Shown piece after piece: positions 57,801-64,000 of a stretch of 64,000 nt of DNA. The stretch is from Asterias rubens. Its lineage: Eukaryota. Under the pieces are notes generated by a model. That model searched no databases and was not told the origin of the DNA. It worked only from the letters and a program-made list of their open reading frames with translations. A program made the position numbers and the translations under genes. The stretch lies in the NCBI RefSeq assembly GCF_902459465.1, contig NC_047081.1, positions 1,736,001 to 1,800,000 on the forward strand, written 5' to 3'. The stretch's first letter is position 1, and every line of letters begins with the position of its first letter.

Positions 57801-60800
57801 AAAACTCACCTCAAACTGCCTGTCGGAATCGTCATAGTCAAAAGCCCTCGTGGTGAAGATTTTTCCAGTTGCCGAGTTGATAGTAAAATTGCCAGGTTCA
57901 TCTCCTTTGAAGCCATAAATCACCGGTAAATCATCGCCTGATACCGCTCTAAGATCGCAAACCAACATATCCACTTCATCACTCTCCTACAAATAAAATA
58001 TTATGAATGAGATTTAGAGTTCTCGTTTTCTTAGTTCTATTCCAAAGTCTAAATCCCTTGACCAGTTACTTTGTATCTAGAGTGACTGGATTTCTTACCA
58101 TTAGTTACCAGCAGACTTCTCATAAACCATTGATTACCAGATTTCTTGCCACTGGTTACTAGACTTCTAACCGTCGATTACCACATTTCTCACCATTACA
58201 TCCTCACAATATTTCTAACCAATAATCATTGGTTACCAGATTTCTTACTATTGGTAACCAGATTTCAAACCATTGATTACCCGATCTCTAACCTATAGGT
58301 TTTAATATTTTTACCAATAACCATTGGTTACCCGATTTCTAACCATTGGTTGCCAGATTTCTTACTATTGGTTACCAGATTTCAAAACATTGGTTACCAG
58401 ATTTCAAACTATTAGTTACCAGATTTTTTTTGTTTTTACCTCTTGTATAAGAATAGGGGTTTCGCATTCATCGACAAACATAGGTGGACCCGTGCTGGCC
58501 GGTCTGAAACCCAGACTCACAGGAGCTGTATCATTGAGAGGCTCTACCGCACGGTCCTGCACTCTGATGGTTAGGTTCACAGTCCGGATGGTTGTCAGAT
58601 CCTTGGCAAGAATAAGCTTCCCGTCGGCGGTCATGTTAAAAACATCTGGAAAAGGAAAGATACTTTTTTTCTTTAGTTTTTCTTATAAGAAATTACCTAT
58701 ATCGTCACAGGGGCTGGGCCCAATTTCATCAAGCTGTTAAAGGGTGTATGTACTTTTTGTCGGACAAAAAACACAATGTCCACAGGTTTATAGGAAATAT
58801 AATATGGAAAGGTTTTCACCCCAACTCATTTAGAGATAGTCATTACATGGTGTTACCGCAAACCTTTCCATATCATATTTCCACCATGCAAAGTTTCCAA
58901 TCCTACTTACTATTATAATGTTTGCTTAGCAAAAGATTTGACAAAATAACAGCTGATTTTCTTCATCAGGCCGACTCAAAAAGTCTAAATTCAGATAAAA
59001 AGTGTGACATTTCTCATCCCTCTGTTCTGAAAAAAATCCTTACCTGATGCGTCACAACCGCCGTAGCACTCGACTCCGTCAATAAAAAAGAGCAGTTCTC
59101 CGTTTCCAAAGGCCGGCGAATCCGCATCGGTTACGTTCTGACCAAAATCCCACAGCTCCGTTCCACTCTCCACTGGAAGTATTCGAGTCGGAATTGTAAA
59201 CTCTGGTGCTGTGAACATCGGTGGATTATTAGCTACTTCAGTTAGTCGGACTTCAACCTTTAAAGGAATTACATGGAGATAACAGGTGTTAGTTGTCAGA
59301 TGAAAAGGATGTTTTTATTATAGTCTCTTTATTTAATGGAGCTTTCAGATGGGACAAAAGGCCATTGGTCCAGTGTGATGTGTAAAATAATAATAATAAT
59401 AATAATAACCAATTCTTATATAGCGCATTTCACAATATACAGCCCTGAGCTGCCAGTAAGGAACCCGGTGCACTTATCGTATAGTGAAGGCGTCCGCCCC
59501 GGTGTTCCCGGTTTGATTTGCTGCATTTCTTTGCGCCATAGCACCTTGTAAACCATTACATGGTGCTTGTGACGGAACATGTCTCATACTGAATGCTGAA
59601 GCTGAAGCGCCATGTGCGTCACTGAATGATGGATTTGAGGCGAGCACTAAAGAAGCTAGTATTAATATTATTATTAGTCTAGCATGTCTAGTATCATACC
59701 CAGTACAAAATATCGTTTATAATAATGTTCTTTTGATAACTCAAACTGTTCACCTACCGTAGAGTACATTCTTATGGTTAATGTCGGAATATCAACCTCT
59801 GAGCTATTGTAAGCTTCAACTAAGACGACGTAAAGTCCTGGCGATGGTGACGTCAGAGATAAGACTCCTGTCATCTCATCGATTGAAACATCATCAGTGT
59901 CGTCAGCGTAAAGCGCGTCCAAATCTTAAAGAAATTAAAATCAAACTTTTAATAATAAGTAAAATCAGCAGGGAACAATTAAAGTTGGTCATTTAAATGT
60001 AATAACACACAGTGAATTCGAGCTTTAGCAGAAATAGGTTACCAGTCATAATGCTACGGGATTTTCACATTGCTGTGCCTGGTGCCCGGCTATTTCCTTC
60101 CTTGGCAATTTTTGTATTTAAAAACAATCAAAATGGTTCCAAAAACCAACGGTATACATTAGGTTTATTGGCTTCAAAATAATAAAAACCATTCACCTTT
60201 TTTATACGTGGCTCTTGTAACATTATACATGATGTCAGACTCAGCAGATGGGTCACTGCAGTCGCTGATGTTCACGCCCATTGTCAAAACAACAAATTCT
60301 GTGTCTCCGGGATTCACCAGCGTAACTTCGGGATCTTTGGGGACAATCTCAAAGCATGGTAACTCGCCGTAGAAAAATCTCAAGCGAATGGTGCTATGGT
60401 CTCCCTTCAGTTCCGGTGAGTCTGGGTTCCAGACCGTGATGTCCAGGATGTATTGCTCACTGGACAGCTCCAACTTGGATTTAAGGAACACTAAGCAGCC
60501 TTCGTCTATAGTTATTGAAAGGAATTTTTAACAAAAGGTTATTAATTTATTTATGTGGTGTTCAATGTGATGAAACATCACATCACAGATGAAACAAGAA
60601 CTAGGAGTAGGTGGCAACGGCCTCTGGACAAAAATATTTGTAGCCCACACCTTGTAGCCCACAACTTCAGGCCATGTGTGTCAGGCGACTTGCATAAAAA
60701 AAAATATAAAAAAAATTGTTTACCACCTTGTTTTTTACTGTGTGCTTTCTGACTCTATCTCTCTCTTTTTTTTTTACCAAACTCTGAGAAAGTACCAAGT

Positions 60801-63800
60801 ATACAGGGCTTTAGACTCATCCATGTAAGGGCAACAACAAAAAAACATTCAGTTTCATACCTGTCGGAGACACGAAGAACAAATCACTGTCTTCACCGCT
60901 TGAAGAAAACTTGAAATAACTTGGTTCTTTGTCCCTGTCTATGACGGACAGATTTGCAATCTGAAAAAAAAAAACAGTGAGAGAGAAAAATAAACTTTAC
61001 TCTTTCATGCACCGTTTGGATATTAATTGATTATTTGAATTTTTGATATCGTGCCCTCCCCCCCCCCCGCATCCCCCCCAGGTAAAAAAAGCCACAATAG
61101 TACCCTCACTTGAAACTTAGGGAAATGTTGATGTAAATAATAATGTCCAAAGACTCTTTTTAAAGAAGTGCCTCTTGTGAAAATGGTTGTGTTGTCTGGC
61201 AACTTGGCTTTTCAGGACTTTAGACTCACTCCTAAGGAGCAGATATTGTTTCAAAAATGCTTCTGGGACCAATTTCATACAGCTGCTTTAGGCATACAAA
61301 TTAGCTAAGCACAACAAGAATATTATGCTTACTAGAACAGGGTTACCAGCCAAAATACTATGTCACATGTACAATTTGTGACTGGTATCCTGTTGATTTC
61401 TGCTAAGCAGAAATATTTTCTGCTAAGCAGAAATATTTTCTGCTGGAGCAATGGGTGTGGGTTCGAATCTCACTCGGGTGATTTGCCTGAGCATTTTCTT
61501 TCTTGGGAGTAATTGGGAAAGGTAAAAAACCAAATTATACGTACAAGATCAAATGTTGCTGCTGTTTCCAATGCGATGTCCTCGTCAGTGACAAGAAACT
61601 CAGGAGCGTTGTCGTTTACATCTAGCAGTGTAACAGTCACATTCAACGTGGCGCTAACCTCAGGAAAACCAGGATTGCTTGCCTGTAAAATGTTAACGTT
61701 TGATATAAAAAGGAAATTTTGGTAATAACTCCACCCTTTGAAACCGTTTTTTCTGTATAATTATCGCAAAACGCCCCGACATTCAACTCGACTCAATTCA
61801 ATCATAATTATTTCCATATTGGTATAAAAAAAGGAGAATAGGAAGAAAACAATTTAAGTACAATTATTTAAGTCAAAGACAGTCGAGGACAGATCAAGAA
61901 AATAATGAATAAAAAATTAAACAAACAAAAATATGAATATTATATATAAATAATAATAATGTTTATACAACTAAAGTGAAGGCGGTAAATTGACATCGCT
62001 AACATTTTGTCAGTTACAGTGTAGTTGATTTGTAACAACTCACCACAATTGACATCTCATACGTTTCCCTGGTCTCCCTGTCTAGGGTACCATTGACAAA
62101 AAGCTGGTAGCCGTCACCATCGTCGGCAACTTTAACTCCAAAATCTGAAATGTAATTGAATAGCAATTTTAAGAACAAAGATTTATATTTTAAGAATTTT
62201 AAAGTCAAGGAGATTTTTCTTTGCGTCCAGTGGTAAGCCTCCACACCCCCCCCCCCCAAAAAAAACACCCACAAATTTTTAACATGGATAAAATTGTCTT
62301 TTTCTATTCGAGTGTGTGATACTTTTTTCTAAGCTTTTTTTGTGTGATTCATTTCTCTAAAAGCTTTAGTGTCTCACTCTCACTATCTGTTCTGGCAGAC
62401 AGCTTGGCAGACAGCTTGGCAGACAGTCAAGCTCACTGGAGTCAAGCTCTGGTGTTTCTTATTCAGCAGAGTGTCGGTTCGAATCCAAGTTGTGACTCTT
62501 GTGTCCTTAAGAAAAAACACTTGACCACTGCTTCATCCAGATGGGACGTAAAGCCGTTGGTCATTATAAAAGGGCATCGGCAACAAATGATCAAAACGCA
62601 AGTTTTTTCTTACCTGTTTCATTTTGGATCACCAGCATAATTTGAGTGTTATCGGTGCCCGGCTCATCAGCATCAATTACCATGAACACAAACACTGAAG
62701 TTCCAATCACTGCGTTTTCAGCCACTTCTAGACTGGTGCTGGAGCTTACAATAAACTCTGGGTTGTTATCATTGATGTCTGTTACGTTCACAATGACCTG
62801 GAAGGTATAGAGAAGTCAGGGTACAACTCTTTTAAAGTCTAAGGCCGCGGCTGAAACGGTGACTCCGGCTACAGCTACGAATTGATCGGCGCATCTCCCT
62901 ATTCGTCAACACCTGCAGACGCGCTGATCTAGCTGTAGCTGAAATCGCCATTCTGGACACGCCCTAATAACCTTTTAAAATTAGTTTTCAAATACTTTTT
63001 TTTTTGAGAAATCAAGCATTTTAAACTTATGCAAATAAGTTTTTTTCTTACTGTTGTTTCCGATGTAAATTTACCATCCGTTGCTATAACTACCAACATG
63101 ATCTCTTCTTTGGTCTCTCGGTCAAAAGTGCCGTCAACTGTGATCTCTCCGAACTGAAATGGTAGGATGTTGAAAATGATTAAGACTAGCAGAAAACAAT
63201 TTTTCTTATAATGGGTGCGTTCGCTTAGCTTCCCTGTGTCGACCCTTCGGTGCTCAATCGAGTGAGCACCTGACAAGAGCTAATCGAACGATCACTCACC
63301 CTCTCGTGGTGACGCCATGCACCTCGGGCCAGCGCCAAGTGACCCACTCCACAAGCAGGGTACTGGGGGCTGACCCGGGTGAGCCCCTGGAATGACGTCA
63401 AAGCTATTCAAACGTACCGGGAGCAGACTGGGGTCGACCCCGGGAAGCAAATCGAACGCACCCTATATATCAATCCTGTTGGACATAACCACTCTAGATT
63501 TTCAGCGATATATCAAAAAACGTTACCACCTTTTGGTATGAAATTTTCACAGGTTGATTTTATTGTATCTAATCTACATTTATACATATATGTGATTTGA
63601 GGCATTGCATGGCAAGGTATTGATTGTGGTAACACCAAATGTGTATAGACCATGTATAAGTATAAGATTTTATGTTTTCTTCCATTGTGCTGTGTACAAA
63701 TCATGCCTGCAGGAAGTCCAGGCTTGGTGGCTCTTTTGTAAACATGTGATGTCACTGGTCATCCACATCGTCTATATATATATAGGATTAAAACAATCAA

Positions 63801-63982
63801 AAGTTCCTAAAACTAAAGATATACTTTGCCTTTAAACAAAAATTTTGACCAAGAGTTAACAAATTTTGTTACGCAATTCCTCTACTGTTTACCTTGCTGT
63901 CGAGAAGTTGAAATCTGTCGTCCGATCCTTCCTCCAAAGAGAATGATATGTTTGCATCGATATCTTTATCCGTCACCGTGAC
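45877..63982 (-). CDS. CDH23/CDHR2-like cadherin-related protein, 5'-partial (1603 aa in window); exons 63893..63982, 63052..63153, 62614..62797, 62044..62144, 61545..61682, 60861..60960, 60197..60490, 59758..59924, 59044..59257, 58440..58645, 57810..57986, 57376..57477, 56389..56527, 55374..55657, 54735..54893, 54309..54436, 53708..53823, 52942..53142, 52371..52537, 51990..52235, 51489..51577, 50821..50934, 50343..50414, 49456..49650, 48256..48399, 47518..47609, 47236..47318, 45877..46584
   Basis: About 10 EC repeats (DRE, DxD, DINDNNPEF, DVNDNAPEF, DINDHAPEF, DLNDNAPSF), a membrane-adjacent domain, a TM helix (MIASFALLVMASFIGVSTVLMMVAILYMW) and an acidic/Pro-rich tail ending EITKL*. The 28 exons are GT-AG and phase-consistent; total 4812 nt. 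Confidence 0.93.
46808..47099 (-). mobile_element. ~290-bp dispersed repeat carrying a hammerhead-ribozyme-like core (Penelope/retrozyme-like)
   Basis: Shared body tttggtttgcggtaacaccatg...gagaactgtc with copies at ~43641, ~55712-55908 and ~56120-56330. Minus-strand core at 47066-47099: CTGACAA T GACTAG AGCAAG CTAGTC GAAA CGTT. Confidence 0.65.
47820..48230. repeat. Degenerate (CCCTAA)n telomere-like tract in a cadherin intron
   Basis: Many aaccct/ccctaa hexamers. Confidence 0.8.
48495..48869. mobile_element. Kolobok-like MITE K1 (full length)
   Basis: TTAA at 48491-94 and 48870-73; K1 TIRs. Confidence 0.87.
51032..51400. mobile_element. Kolobok K1 copy with a Harbinger-like MITE (51040-51141) nested in its left TIR
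   Basis: ttaa|aggcaCTG|gggtcgatttcac...gtgaaatccacca|CTGgacac, giving a 3-bp CTG duplication. Confidence 0.75.
51690..51950. repeat. GGTACA-based ~55-bp minisatellite
   Basis: ggtacaattaggtaaaaggtacagggtacgagaaacaactaggtacagggtacaa repeated about 4 times. Confidence 0.88.
53391..53650. mobile_element. CAGGCCT-type MITE interrupted by a LINE/SINE 3' tail
   Basis: caggcct ... caggcct termini; an (AAT)n + aagcgctttaca insert splits the gagaaa|atgccttgg junction. Family also at ~7330-7470, ~18390-18520 and ~28600-28820. Confidence 0.6.
57040..57305 (-). mobile_element. Near full-length tRNA-derived SINE with a Deu-domain-like core
   Basis: tRNA-like head (gtgggttcaagtccc), then gatgggacgtaacgccg...gcacgtaaaagaacccagtgcttttatcgtaaagagaaggggt...gtggtgtacctgg, resembling the DeuSINE core (recalled). 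Related segments at ~50130, ~54130-54290, ~55190, ~59440-59560 and ~62420. Confidence 0.65.
57590..57790. mobile_element. Kolobok K1 right half; further partial K1 copies at ~52738-52918, ~54040-54125 and ~54947-55160
   Basis: K1 internal sequence and terminal ccaatagtgtctactgcct. Confidence 0.75.
58080..58425. repeat. ~21-bp minisatellite (CATTGGTTACCAGATTTC..)n
   Basis: More than 10 degenerate copies ending next to a cadherin donor site. Confidence 0.85.
63213..63463. mobile_element. GC-rich MITE (GGGTGCGTTCG TIR), inverted homologue of 30988-31235
   Basis: gggtgcgttcg / cgaacgcaccc perfect 11-bp TIR. Confidence 0.82.
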
Positions 63983-64000
63983 CTGGTCGTAATAGTAAAA

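Noticed and set aside
10522-63982. Non-canonical (GC-AG / AT-AC) introns or frameshifts in the main genes
   Set aside because: All reconstructed introns are GT-AG with consistent phases; only a few AAG acceptors are mildly unusual.

Overview
AT-rich, intron-rich eukaryotic (metazoan) DNA. The gene and repeat content suggests an echinoderm-like invertebrate deuterostome; this is an inference. Manual splicing (GT-AG, phase-consistent) recovers five protein-coding genes. (1) POLB, 5' part only, minus strand, absent from the ORF track. (2) Complete SAR1 GTPase, minus strand, 192 aa. (3) Complete SEC24A/B-type COPII subunit, plus strand, 1259 aa, plus a candidate cassette exon; it lies head-to-head with SAR1. 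(4) A 3-exon clan-2 cytochrome P450, plus strand, 504 aa. (5) The 3' 28 exons (1603 aa) of a CDH23/CDHR2-like cadherin, minus strand, continuing past the window end. Introns and intergenic DNA hold non-autonomous Kolobok-like (TTAA) and Harbinger-like (3-bp TSD) MITEs, tRNA-derived and Deu-domain SINEs, LINE tails, minisatellites and a possible solo LTR. Main leads: the divergent SAR1-SEC24 COPII pair; a dispersed ~290-bp repeat whose copies together reconstruct a type I hammerhead ribozyme; a P450 with Asn in place of the I-helix catalytic Thr; a 118-codon in-frame extension behind the SEC24 stop; a 312-bp repeat with an internal tRNA-like cloverleaf and recurrent fold-backs; and a cadherin with a furin-like loop and a motif-rich tail. 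Comparisons with human proteins are recalled from memory, not computed.
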